DNA of 64,000 nucleotides, from NCBI GenBank assembly GCA_016748015.1, contig JAAOMT010000436.1, positions 1,362,847-1,426,846 on the forward strand, given 5' to 3'. The notes under the pieces are model-generated. The model made no database searches and had not been told where the DNA came from. It saw only the letters and a list, made by a program, of their open reading frames with translations. The translations under genes were made by a program, and so were the position numbers. Shown one piece after another: positions 11,150-24,435 of this stretch (the first letter of the stretch is position 1; each line of letters begins with the position of its first letter). The stretch comes from Geosiphon pyriformis uo1 (taxonomy: Eukaryota > Fungi > Glomeromycota).

Positions 11150-13860
11150 ATTAATGGTCAAACGCAATTTGATCTAATATTTATTTTTATATTTTTATTA
11201 TATTTGAATATAATAATTAATCAAATAATTAATAGTTGAAGTAAATATTTTAAGTTTATTAAATTTTGAATTTAAACCTAATTATGTATTAAGCAAATAA
11301 TTTGTTAAATATTGTTTTAATTTTGGAAATCTTATATTTATAAAATATGACACTTTTATTTTTGTTAATATAATTAAGAAAACAATAACCAAAAAGTTTT
11401 TTTAATAATAAAAATAGTTAAATTAAATATACAAAAAATAGTTTTTTAAATACCACAAATTTAAATAATTTTTTGGTTATTATTATATTAAATTATACTA
11501 GTTTATAATAATTAATTTCAAAAACAATACAACCAAAAAAAAAGTATTTAATTAAAATTATTTTTATTATTATTAAACTTATTAATAAGCAAAACATATT
11601 TACAAATATTATTATAAGTAATTTATTTAAATAAAATAACATAATTTTTAATGTTTTTATATAATATTAATTATTAAATATTTTGTTGCTTTTAAAAATT
11701 TTTGTTATATTTGTAAAAAGTTTTTTTATAAAAAACAAAAATAATAAAGCTTTTTAAGAATTTATTGTTTAATTAAATTGTTATAATTGCTTTTAATTGT
11801 ATTTAATCTAATTTATAATACTTAATTATAATTAATAAAATTTAATATTATTTTTTTGTCTTTTTAATAAGCTAATAATCTTGGTTGGTGGTTTTTTTTA
11901 ATTAAAGTTCTTTTTAAAAAACATATTTGAATTAGTCTTAATATTGTTTTTATCTTTTCTAAAAGTCTCAAAGTTTTTAATAACAGATTAATTAACAAAT
12001 TGGTTTTTTCTGCTTTTATTATTAATATTATTACTACTATTTTACAAATAGCCAAAAAAACCAAAGAGTTAAGAAAACAATAATAGTTATTTGTATTTGC
12101 TATTATTATATTAAATTTCTTTGTAATTCTAAATAAAATCTTAAATAAAATTTCTTTAGTAAGAACCAGTTTTTTTTTTAGTATAAACAATTACAATAAC
12201 AGCACATTTTTCAAAATAAACCAAGATTAATTACTAACTGTATTATTAAATATAGTGTTTTTTAATTAATTATTATTAGTTTTAAAAGCAAATTAACTTA
12301 TTAAATTATTTAATCTTAAAAATTTAATTGATTAAATAGAAAATAAATCAATTTTTTTTCTTCTGTTTTTTTATTCTGTTTTTAGTAATATTTAAAAAAT
12401 AATTTTTAGTTATTAAAGATTCTCTAAATAAGTGGTTTTTGTTTTAATATTTAATATTATTTTTAAAATTAAATTGGTTTTGGTTAATTCTTTGTTTTGT
12501 TTATTGTTTGGTTTTATTAGACTTAAATTAGTTTTTAAAGACAATATTAAGCTATTTTGTGTAAATTTTGCTTCTAAAACTTTTTTGGTTACTGTTATTA
12601 AAATTTTTATTGGTGATTTTTTTTTAATCATACTTAAAATTGCAAAATTTTTTTTGGTAGCTTCTGGTCTTTTTTTTTACATTTGTTGTACTTTGTAATA
12701 TTTTTCTTAATATATCTTTCAATAATATTAAAAAAATTCTTAATGTTTTTAGTATTATTAATTTTGTTACATTAAAATCTATTAATTTATAATAATATAT
12801 TATTGTAGTTTTTAAAGATTTTTTTTTGCTACTGTTAATCTGTATTGGTGAAAAAAAATTATTGTTTTAAGAAATATGTTTAAAATCAAATTGGTCAATT
12901 TTTTTTAGTTATACTGTCTTTAAAATTAATAATATAATTTTTTAAGTTGGTAATTATACTTGTTTTATTTCTTATTTTTTTAATTTTTATTATTATTAAT
13001 GTTTTATTATTGTAATATTTGGCTTTATAAGTTTTTAGATTTTGTTATTGTTAAAATTAGTATTTTATACAAGTGTTATATTTAGTAAAAAACTTTTAAG
13101 TATTATTATTATTATAAATATTAAGATTTAAATTATTTGTTTATTAATCATAAAATATATATTTTTATTTTCTAAGCTGTTTTTTAAGTTTGTAATTGGT
13201 TTTAAGTCTTTTGTGTTATCTTCTATTAATGACAAGTTTTATATTATAATTTATGCTTTTTTAATTGTTTTTAATAATTTTGTCATTAAGTCTAAATTAA
13301 ATTCTTTAAAACTTCAAGTCTTAAATTTGGTAGTATTGGTTAAATTTATTATTAAGTTTATTGGTTTTTTAATTACTTTAATTATTATTTTTCTAAATAA
13401 TAATGCTGGCAAAAATTTTTTAAATAAAAAAAATCTGTTTTTTATAAAATATATTGTTAATAATTTTTCTAATTTTCTAATTAGTGTTTTAAAAAACATT
13501 GTTTGTTTCAAATCTGAAATTGATTTTAATAAAATAAACTATAATAAAATACTAACTGCTAATTTTTTTTTGAGTAAAAACACTATTAAATATATAGCTT
13601 TAATATATATTAAGTTAATTAAGTTGTTTTTTAATGAATTTATTTTTGATTTTATAAATTTAAATAATATTATTAAAAAAATTAATAAACTAAATTTACT
13701 TTTGGCTTCTTTTGTTTTAATATAATATTGTTTTAATTAATTCAAATAACTGGTTACATATAAAAAGTATATAACTTATATCTAGTTTAAATTACTTAAT
13801 TTAATATATTATATTAAGTTATATTTAAATTTTATTTGTTAAACATAATAAAAAAACAAT
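11150..13860. repeat. AT-rich decayed repeat block, probably retroelement-derived, not confidently classified
   Basis: Near-absence of CpG. The ORF-track hits are I/K/N/F/L-rich low-complexity artefacts. Confidence 0.55.
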
Positions 13861-13869
13861 CTTTAATAA

Positions 13870-15626
13870 AATTAAAAAAAACTATTATATACCAAAACAA
13901 ACTTTCAATCAATTTATCAAAGAATTAAGAAGTAGTATTCTTCAATCTATTAGATTTTGTTATTTTGATAGCTTACAAAAAACCATAACACTTGCCTGTA
14001 ATTTTAAATTAGCAGAATAAAAAGCCAATCATATCTAAGCTATTAACTTAGCCATAAATAAAACATCAAATATTAATGCCAAACTTACTCAATTAAGTAA
14101 AAAATTGACTCAAAAAATTGAAGAATTCTTAGCAGAAAACTTTGAAATATATCAATTGTCACAATGTAAAAATAATTCTAGTAATTATTAACAACAGCAG
14201 AATTAATAATAACAACAATCTTAGAAGTCAAATTTTTATAATTGTTATTATTATCAGAAATCTAAATATATTACAAAAGATTACAGAAAAAAACTAGTTA
14301 ATTAAAACCAAGGAAATTAATATTAACCACAACTGAAATATTTCTAAGGCATTAAATTTTAATATTCTTTATTGTAATATTTACAATTATAATACTTACT
14401 TCAATAATTTTCAACTTACTATTAGTCTTCATAAGCAATAATACAGACAATACTTTAGTATTAAGTTCTAATATATAATAATTCCAGACCTTAAACCATT
14501 GACTATAATCAGAAATGGCAAAAGTAAAAATCAAATGCAATCTATTAATGAAACATCCAAATCAGTATATTATAGCAACATATTATTTTAAACAGCACAA
14601 ACAAAATACCCAAATCAGATTTCATATTTTGGTTTTAAAAAAACCTCAAATTTTGGTAATGCTATATCTTTGGAAAAAAAAAACATAGCCACAATTACTA
14701 ATTCTTTTTTTTAGAACATTAATCGAACTTTTAAAACAATTTTCTTTACTATGATTACTAAAAATAATATCCTGGCTGTTATATTTCTATTTAATATTAA
14801 CAGTTTGAACATGACTGATTTTTTTAGCAGAGCTGCTATTAATCAAAATAAATTAATTATAACAATGTATACTAATGCTAAAATAAAATAAATAAACATT
14901 AAATTAATATTTAACAGTAAATCTACAGACAATATAATCATAAAACAATTTATAGATTAACTAAATTACTAAGTAGATCATGCAATCACTACTAAAATAA
15001 TTACCATAGATGAGAATATTAAAACATTAATAAAAAAAATCAACAACTTTCTCTTTAAAATTTATAAAATTAGCATCTTAACTAAAATACTTATCATAAA
15101 AGTCACTTAATATTAAGCTTTTATAAAAAACAATTGGTTAATTAAAGCTTATTTTATATTTGATTGGACCACTTAGGAACTTCAGATTATTTTTAATAAA
15201 TAACATACTAAAGTATCTACTATGTGTAAACACTTTAGAATAACAATTCAAAAACAATTTCTAATTGACTTTAAAGAACTTATATTTTAGCCAATCTTGA
15301 AAACTTATCAAGTTTCTTAGGCTGACAATTTCTAAACAGAACTACTACTACTTTTCACATAGAAAAAAAAGGAAAAAGAATGACAGACAAAGAATCTTAG
15401 GAATTATCATTAATCTACTTAATCCTAAATTAATAAAATCAAATAGATTAATCTCTAAAATTAATTTGTGTTAATTATGAAAAGAAGTTATTCTTTATGA
15501 ATGCTTGTATCAGAAATAATAAAGTATAGTTCATTGTTATTAGATACTATTGTCAATCTTATGTATTAGAATAATTTAAATAACTAAAATAGTAAAGCAA
15601 ATAGGACAAAATTTTATGTCTTGTAT
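13870..15626 (+). mobile_element. Decayed Ty3/Gypsy gag-protease relic
   Basis: Reads NCYYYQKSKYITKDYRKK at ~14240 (eroded CCHC knuckle, CxxCxxxGHxxxxC). At ~14900-15240 it reads IKLIFNSKST...ALIKNNWL-like...FDWTT*ELQ (eroded aspartic protease, IKLILDSGS...ALVGNDWL). Truncated by the LTR at 15627. Confidence 0.75.
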
Positions 15627-16422
15627 TATTATAGATGATTATTTAAAATATTAAAACAAATAACAAATCCATAACTTAGTATTTAATATTTGATAATTGT
15701 TAATAATATCTGAAAATTTTGGAGTTAAAAGTTTTGGTTAAGTTTTTTGTATAATAGACAGAAATTTAATTGATAGTTTTTTCTGTGAATTTTTTTCTTC
15801 AGCATAATAGCTAATTTATTCTGATAGTTGTGTCCTTCTAATAAGCTATCCTTAAATTTCTACCTTTATTTTTGGGTTTTTTACCAAGCTATTCTTAATG
15901 TCAAATACTTAATACTTAATTTTTTTTAATTAATTAGTAAACAACAAAGAAACAAAACAAAAAAAAATAAAGAAATAAAAGAAATTAAAAAAAAATAAGA
16001 AAAAAAATAAGAAATTAGTATTTTGTTAATAGCTGTAATCAAGAATTATTAGTTTAATATAGTTAAGTATTAAATTTTATCAACATAGAATATTAATAGT
16101 ATAAAATTGATTAATATTCCTTATTAAATGATAATAACATAAATTAGATAATAATTATATGTTTATCAATATTAATGTATATCTATTTCAAATTATAGAA
16201 AAATATCTTTTGAAGAAAAAGTATTGAGGTTTTAAACTTTATCAAATTCTGAATACTTTTTTGCTTCTAATATTTTTGCTATATATACATAATTTGTGCT
16301 ATATAAAATTTCTGAAAATCCTGCAATTTTCCAAGAGAATTTTGAAATTTCTCATTTTACTATGCCTATTTCTGATTGGCTATTTTACTTATTATTATAA
16401 TTTCTAATTTTTATGAGTAATA
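15627..16422 (-). mobile_element. Decayed solo LTR without matching TSD (same family as 61538-62464)
   Basis: Termini TATTAT...GTAATA (from TGTTAC...GTAACA). Collinear with the younger LTR, including TGCTATATATACAT and CTGATTGGCTA motifs. Confidence 0.8.
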
Positions 16423-18150
16423 TTAATAAAAAAGCTATTGGGCTGTCTAATATCTCTAATAAAATATGGAAACATTGCAATAAAAACATTTTAAATCTTT
16501 TTTTATGCTTATTTAATTTGTATCTGGTAATAAAATCTGTTTCTAATGTTTAAAAAAAGGCTTAAATGTTAATAATTCTAAAACCTTATAAATAAAAGAG
16601 TATTTTAATAAATACTAAACTAATTGTTCTTATTAAAACCATAAGGAAAATTTTTTTAAAGGTTTTGTCTGATTGAATATTTAAAGTTTATAGTAAGTAT
16701 AACATTTTGCATAATAACAATTTTTCAGTTTTAAAAGATACTTTAACTTAGTTTTCTATTTTTGCTATTAAGTTTGTTGTAGAAAATGTCTTAGAAAAAA
16801 GCAAAAAAATTTGATTAGTGCTCTAAGATATACAAAAAGCCTATAATTTGGTAGACTAATTACATTTGGAGAAAAGTTTAAAAAAAATTAAAATATGTAT
16901 CAAATTTATTAAGTTTTTTGATTATATCTACAATGATCATATAAATAAGGTAATAACAAATTTTGGTTTGTCTAATAGTTATATAGTTTATAATGGACTA
17001 GATCAAAGTAAAAGTTTTTTTATCTCTTCTTTAGAAAATCTTTTATGGCCTTTTTTTGTGCAAAGTGAAAAAATATAACTCAGCTTTTAAGTATTACATG
17101 AATTTCAAATTTGTTATCAGAATTGGCAAAATTGAATTTAATACAGTTTAATCTTTTATTTGGCTGCTGGTGTTTTTATTAATAACACAATTTAAATTGG
17201 CAATTATTATACAACAATACAAAATATATTAAATATTGCTAATAAGTTTTTTGATATTATAGATATCTCAATAAATACAGAAAAAACAATGATTATTTCA
17301 ATAAATCTAAAGTCCAATAATTTTTTTTTGAAAATTAATGGTTTTCTTATTTCAATTACAAAAGCTAGTAAATTTTATTAGTATTTAGGCATTTTTTTGT
17401 CAACTAAGAATCTTTTTGGTTCAAGTATAAAAAAAGCAAACTCAGATGTAAAGTTTTTTTATCAATAATTTTGTATAAAACTATATCAAATAAACAATTT
17501 TTTTATTTAGTCTTAGCAGTTTTACAGCCAATTATTGAAAACAAAATTCAGTTTAGCTTTATTAACAAGAGTACATGTAACAGATAAAACTGTTTGATTA
17601 GTAAAGATTTAAAAACCAAAGCTAATTTACCAAATGACTTCCCTATTAAAACTGTATATCATTCAGCTTTGTACAATTTAAAATCTTTTAATTAGATTTG
17701 GATAAAAAGAAAGATGACTTTAATAATGAATTTTGCCAACAATATTAGTGTTTTAAATCAGTTTTTTCAATATAAATTGTTAGATTTACAAGTATTAAAA
17801 TAAATTTTTTAAAACTTTTTTCAATTTTTTATTAAACTAAAAGTAAATTCAGTAAACAATTTTCTTGTTAATATTACTCTAATTTTTTTAAACATTAAAA
17901 TTTTTCTGACCAATAGTTTGTTCAATGTCTTTTATCTTAAAAATAGAATTCTGTTATAAATATCTTGGGCCAGATAAAATATTTTCAAATTTATAGATCT
18001 CTTAAGTGCTTTGACATAATTTTTGTAAATCAATTTTTAAATAATTATAAAAAGTGTTTTTTTTAGAAGAATTTTTGTTGTTAGAAATAATTAGATTTTA
18101 AAGATCTAATTTCTTTTTAGTTTGTCTATTTATTATAATTCTTATTTTTA
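16423..18150 (+). mobile_element. Decayed LINE ORF2 (RT region) relic, copy D
   Basis: Reads KAIGLSNISNKIWKHC...*KKA*MLIILKPYK*KSILINTKLIVLIKT, an eroded form of KAAGLSGISNELWKHC...WKEAWVSMIPKPYEWEGVLMNTRPIALIET of LINE copies A-C. Confidence 0.9.
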
Positions 18151-19746
18151 TAAGTAATAATATTATATTCAAAATTTTTTTATTTTATAAGTGTGTTTTT
18201 TTAATATATAATAGACAAAAAAAAATTTAATTTATGTAAAATTACAGAAATCTGGTCAACAAAAAGTTTTAAAAAATATTCTAAAATATTTAAACAAATG
18301 TTTAAAACCAAAGCCATAAGACTATTGTCTAAAATATTTATTAAGTCTGTTATTATTAAAAAATTGTATAATAAGTTCGAAAAAAAAGTAAAGATTATGT
18401 TATTAATTACAAATATTTAAGTTTTGTTATTAAAAAAAAACAATTAAAAAATTAAAATTTGTTTTTTTATATATATAATATTGCTTATTAGAATTAAAAA
18501 ATTTTTTTTATTACATTCAGACACTTTTTTATTAAGTATATATTTGCTTAAAATATGATTATATTGTTTATAATTAACATACAAAAATAATATTAAATCA
18601 GCTTAACACAAACTTATGTTTTTAAAAATTAAAATAAAATAAATAACAGCTTTTTTAGAAAAAATAGAATTAAAAAAAATTATAATTTAACAAGTTTGTA
18701 TGTAAATAATTAAATTATATGTTATAATATAAGTTTTATTATATAATACAATAAAATTAAACAGACTATAAACTATAGTGCTAATTAAAAATATATATAA
18801 AAAAGTATAATACTGATCTTTAAAGTCTTATGTTTGTTTGTTATTAATTGTTTTGGCCATATATACAAAGTTTTTTTCTAATATAATTAATTATTTAAAT
18901 ACAATTAAGTTAATAGTATTAAGATTTTTAAATTCAACTAGTGTTTTTTATTATAGGCTAATAAGTTGTATTCTAATTGTTTTTATTTTATTAAATTTAG
19001 CAAACATCAATTATAATACCAATTTAAAAAGATTAATAGAGATTTTTTTAATTATTATTTTCAAATTTGATTTAATATTGACTTATTTTAAATTGGTATT
19101 TATTAAAAATTTTTAAATTTTTAATTTAATTAAGATTAAATTTAAAAATAAACATTAATCAAATTATTTTGTAAAATTTTAAGAAAGTTAAAATTTTCTT
19201 AAATTTATTTACTTAATAAAATAATTTTTTTACAATTTTTAATTTATTATTTAGAGTTTTACCAAAAACAGCTAATATATTAATATTAAAAATAAAGATT
19301 TTATTAAACCAAAAACTTTTTTTTTAATTAACAAAGTATTCTGAATATTTTTAATAAAAAAAATTAAAAAAAACAAATCTAAAATCTTATTATTACTTAT
19401 AGTATTAATAAAAAATATAATATATCTGTTATATTATAAGTTATTATTTGATTTTTATGTATTATTATATTATTTATATTATTAATATTATTATTTTTTA
19501 TATTATTTAAATTAATATATCTAGTTTTTTTAATAATTAAATTATTTGAATTTTTGGTATTTAATATTTTACTAATACTATTTACTTTACTTTTTATTTT
19601 ATTATTCTATAATTTTTTTTTTTTTATTGCTTAATAAGTGAGGTCCAAACACTACCTAGCACTATACATCAAGGAATTGATCTAAACTAGGCGTGAATCA
19701 TGCACTTTCTACACGTGACCAGCCACTCGGGCCAATCAGAACAACA

Positions 19747-22700
19747 CTATGCAGCTATATGAACTGATACTGATTCACCTATACCTGAAAAGAACAAGCA
19801 AGCCTTGCGAAAACCAAAATGAACACCTAAAGCACTAGTAATGCCAAGTAATCTAACCACCCCTGCAGAGAACCTCGAAGCCAAACCATGAACCGAGACA
19901 ACGGCTGAACCATTTAGCAGGATCAGTCCATTCTTCTCCATATACGCACAATGCTTAGCACGAATCGACCAGACATCCTTCCTGAAAGCAAGACCAAGAG
20001 AGCGTACAAACTTGACAATCTCCAAAACAGCAATCTTGGGGTCATGAAAGATGGAAACAGCCTTGCTAAACCATCCATTGAAAACAAAGCCCTTAAAAAG
20101 AGCCATAGACACAGAGAAATCAGAGACACTGGATGACAACAGCTGCAATATACCCGAGGAGGAGTAAGAGGAGCCAGAAAGCACCTTCCAGGACCCTACA
20201 TGAGAATTCAACAACTGGTGCCAAACAGACTCGTCAACCTTGCAAGAGAACACATGATCTGACACCTCCACCTCATTACAATACAAGCACAACACGCTAG
20301 GATAACATTTATCATAGAGGTGCTTCCGAACAGCAACCGGCAGCCGATGGTACAAAGACTTCATAAAATAAGTATGCACACTGGACAAACACCTGCTGGT
20401 GAATCCTGCAGCCATGTGCAAATCAGGATGCCACACCAACGACGAACGGGGCCAATCAACCTCAGAAGACAAGCTGCCAACTAAAACCCCAGAACCAGAA
20501 CCAATCTCCCATCATGCATAACAAATAGAATGATAAATATCACGAACAAAATGCCTCGAATTCCCAGAAACAACATCACCATCAGCCACCAAGAAGTGCT
20601 CACTCAAGCGAGAGGAAAGATACCAATTGGAGAGAGAAGCGGCACCAGCGAACACGTCGGCATATTCGTTTCCCGAAACACCAGAATGACCTTTCACCTT
20701 GCAAAAACTAACTCTTAACTTCTTACTGCAAATTACATTGACAATATGATGACACTCGACCCAACACTGATTACGAAAATCGGGACACACCAGATCTAAC
20801 TCCGACCTACAAGCATCCAACGCCAATTGATTATCTGAGAACAAACAGACAGAGCTTGACGGGGGAACACACTCCAGAGCTAAAGCAACCACCTGCAATT
20901 CCACCAAAGTAGATGACATCAAACCCGAAACCCTTACGCCCAAACCCAAACCAATGTCCTCAAAAAAAACAGCAGCACCAGCTCTACAGCCAACCATGCC
21001 AAGACCACTAAGAGATCCATCTGTATATACCGACAGGCTGCTAGCACTGGTCACCAAGAGATGATCACGAATAGACTTAAATTCACTAGACTTAAGAATG
21101 TTTGAAGGACTACTATCTCCCAAAACTAGAGACTGATTGCGAGAAGATCTCACACTATTGAGAAACAAAACAGAAAGTCTGAACCACTCAGGAACTGGGC
21201 CATGGGGGTCCAATCTCTTCCACCGCTTGAAAGTGTACCAATCATAGACAGCACCATGACAGCCACGAAGTTGATTCACAAAGGCAATACCATACCGCTG
21301 AAGAGAAGAGAGAAACTTGAGAAACCTTGACTCGCCCAGAACCTCAGACATAGGCACTCCATCATGAGACCGAAAGGAACTAACCAAAGAGCCACCCAGA
21401 GAAACATTGCAATCGACAAGAACACGAACCATGCCTGTCAGAAAGTTATTAGAAGCACTGACACAAATACGAACAGAAGAACACAAAGAATGAACAGGGC
21501 ACCAACACAGAACTTGCAAGTCATGAGACCTGTGGGAAAACAAATGACCCAAAATACCACCAGAGTTCGCAAAACTGACAAGGGAAGCAATCTTGCTTTC
21601 AGATTGAACTTGAGAAAATGACTTCAAACCATAAAACGAAGGGTGGTAAACCACATCATTGGGGAAGTCGAGTGGCAAACCAGACTTGAGCTTCAAACCT
21701 TTACGAATCAGAGCATCCTACTTCCCGCACATGCCAACAGGAATAAAACTGAACTGAGTTCTATAGCTGACTATCGGATGCAGAACTGCCGACACCAAAT
21801 ACAAAAACTGCTTATCTGAGACTGCCTTCCTCAACACCAGATTGGTGAAAAAGCGAACGTCCGAATGCGCCTTAGCCAAGCTAGGCCTCGAAAGACCCTC
21901 AGTCGACAAAAAAATGCCCAGATATTGGTGAGATTTGCCCTTTTTGGCAATAGAAATGGGCGAACCACTGATAGAAAGGAAGGGACTACTGACTCTGCTA
22001 TTGATAGGAATGGCTACCATTTTGTCGTTGTTAATAGAAATGTCATTGATAAAAAAAAATTCACTAGCAACATTGAGAATATGTTGAGTAGCCGCCTAAC
22101 TGCTACCAACCCAAATCGTATCATCAACAAAAGCACCAGTGGCAAAAAAAGAAGAAAACCCAGTCTGGGATTCGGAATAACCATTCTTGGAAACAAAGTG
22201 AGAGTTCAATCTATACCCACATACACTCTCCTGTCTTTTGACTTTGCACAAAAGAGGATCATAAAATATGCGCCAGAGAAAAGGAGAGAAAACCTCTCCC
22301 TGGTCCAAACCATTGTGCACATGATAACCACTCGTCAGTCCAAAATCAGTCATGACTCGGTTGGTACGATCTCTATGAATACCACCAAAAAACTGAATAA
22401 ATTTGCTACACATCTTAATCCTAACCAAACTTTTCTCGAGATGCTCCCAGCCAACTGAGTCATACGCTTTTCGCATGTCCTGCAGAACCAGCCATAGCTC
22501 CCTGTTTTTTTCCAAAGCATCTTCGACCACCGAACCAATTGCAAAAATAGGGAACTGGGTTGTCGTACCCTTCAAAACTGAGAAATTAGCCCCTCGAAGC
22601 ACGTCAAAAGTACTGCACGCCAAAGAAATCCTGTCTGAGAGTATCTTGGAAAGAATCTTGCGAGCCGTTTCGATCAAGGCAATAGGACGTGTGTTCATTA

Positions 22701-24435
22701 AAACACCTTCCCACTCATACGGTTTCGGAATCATCGAGACTCATGCTTCCTTCCAAGGGCCGGGCACTGACTCACTAGACAAACAAGAGTTCAAGAGCAC
22801 CAACAACATATCCAAAACTGACCTATCACAATGTTTCCAAAGCTCATTTGAAATACCCGACAAACCAGCCGCTTTACCTTCTGGAAGATCAGAAATCACC
22901 CCAAGGAACTCATCATACCCAATTGAACACATGACACCAGAAAAAGCCTTGTCAAAAACATACTCCAGCGGTTGATATTGGAGGCGCCAATCATCCGATA
23001 CATTATCGACCACCTGACGCTTCCTAGTCCAACCTTCCATGATCGCATCTATCTTGGATTTGACCTGCTCAGGTTCCAAAATCAATTCGTCATCAACCAC
23101 CAAATAATCCAGCACAATCTTACGAAACGGGCGCTCCAACACACTTCTTATTGTATGACCTTTATTTACCTCAAAGCTTTCCATCCTCTTGTCTATCGCA
23201 GATCTGATGCATGCTTCTTTAGCACCCTGAGATTCAATGAACTTGGACTTTCGATAAGATTTCCTGGCACCAAAAAGAGCAGAACAAACACAACCAGATT
23301 CCACACCAGAGTCCACCAGATCCTGAATGACCAGAGCCTTGACACTGTCCAGAGAAGCCCAACACCTCATGAGAGAAGCAAACTCCACAGCACACCTCAC
23401 ACGAAATGCCTTAATAATTTTTGAAACCAGAAGCTCCAACTTGTGAAACCTTGACGACTCTTTGGTAAAGACACCATCAAATTCCTTGAACCACTTTTTC
23501 TTGAACACTTCATCAGCCGAAAGAATCATTATTCTGCAAACAACATCCCATATTGTGTCCAAATCCAAAAACCTCACAGAAACAGCAAACTCATCTGAGA
23601 ACATTGCTGCATTAGCCAATGTGGCACACTTAAAATCGATCCATTTACTCTCATTAGCACTCTTGAAATTAAACTTCCATTTGTCTCTGTTTGCTTGCTT
23701 GCGAAAAGAGCACAATTGCGTATTCAGAAGCCCACTCAGACCCAAAGACACTAAGACAGCTTGATGATCCATGTCAAAGTGCTCATTAACACCTGATACA
23801 TTACGATGTACCATCACATTGACCAGATTTGGAGAGACAAACACATAATCAATCATTCTTTTGACACCCCTAGAATTCTCCCAAGTGGGCATTTTCACAG
23901 CTGGGCTCCCGACCAAAGAGTTAATCAATCCCAAATCAAGGCATTTCTTGAAACTCGCACACTTATAAGAGCCGTCTTCATTAAAATTGCCACTGAGGAT
24001 AACAAAGGAGGATTCATTAACAGCCTTTGTGATGATAGAGTTGATTTCACCTGCCTGAAAGAACCGGACTGCCGAAGAAGCGCCAGCATACAGTCCCAAA
24101 ATTGACACAGAGAGCCTGTTCTTGAAAAGTAACTTGATAGACAACAACCGACCCGGGACCTCAGACACCTTGCACACATGTCTCGCCAAAGAAGAGTCCA
24201 TAACCACCACCACACCAGCACTCAGATACCCAGAATCCAAACCAGTAGTAAACACCCGAACTCCATCAAACTTGTTAATGATCCAGGGCTGAACCTTACC
24301 TTTTAACTTAGTTTCAGTAAAAATTGAAATTGAATTGTCCATGTCCTTATGCCAACGAATGACATCACCCTGCTTTGCAGGGTTGTTCATTCCTCTAACA
24401 TTGCATGTAGCAACTTTCCATACTAATTCACTCAT
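19747..24435 (-). pseudogene. LINE A ORF2 (APE endonuclease, reverse transcriptase, RNase H, C-terminal zinc finger), 4 in-frame stops, no frameshift
   Basis: APE: ATCNVRG, ETKL, GNFN, IDY, DH. RT: RPIAL, DMRKAYDSV, GLDQGEVFSP, FVDD, YLG. RNase H: YTDGS, KVKGHSG..GNEYAD. Zinc finger: CLYC..E..DHVFSC. The fragments are all in one frame. Confidence 0.93.

Noticed and set aside
11864-19116. I/K/N/F/L-rich ORFs in AT-rich DNA (also 45575-49652 and 63355-63687)
   Set aside because: These are compositional artefacts of decayed transposons.
18150-19600. Possible tyrosine-recombinase or other TE relic
   Set aside because: It is too eroded to decode with confidence, so it is left unassigned.
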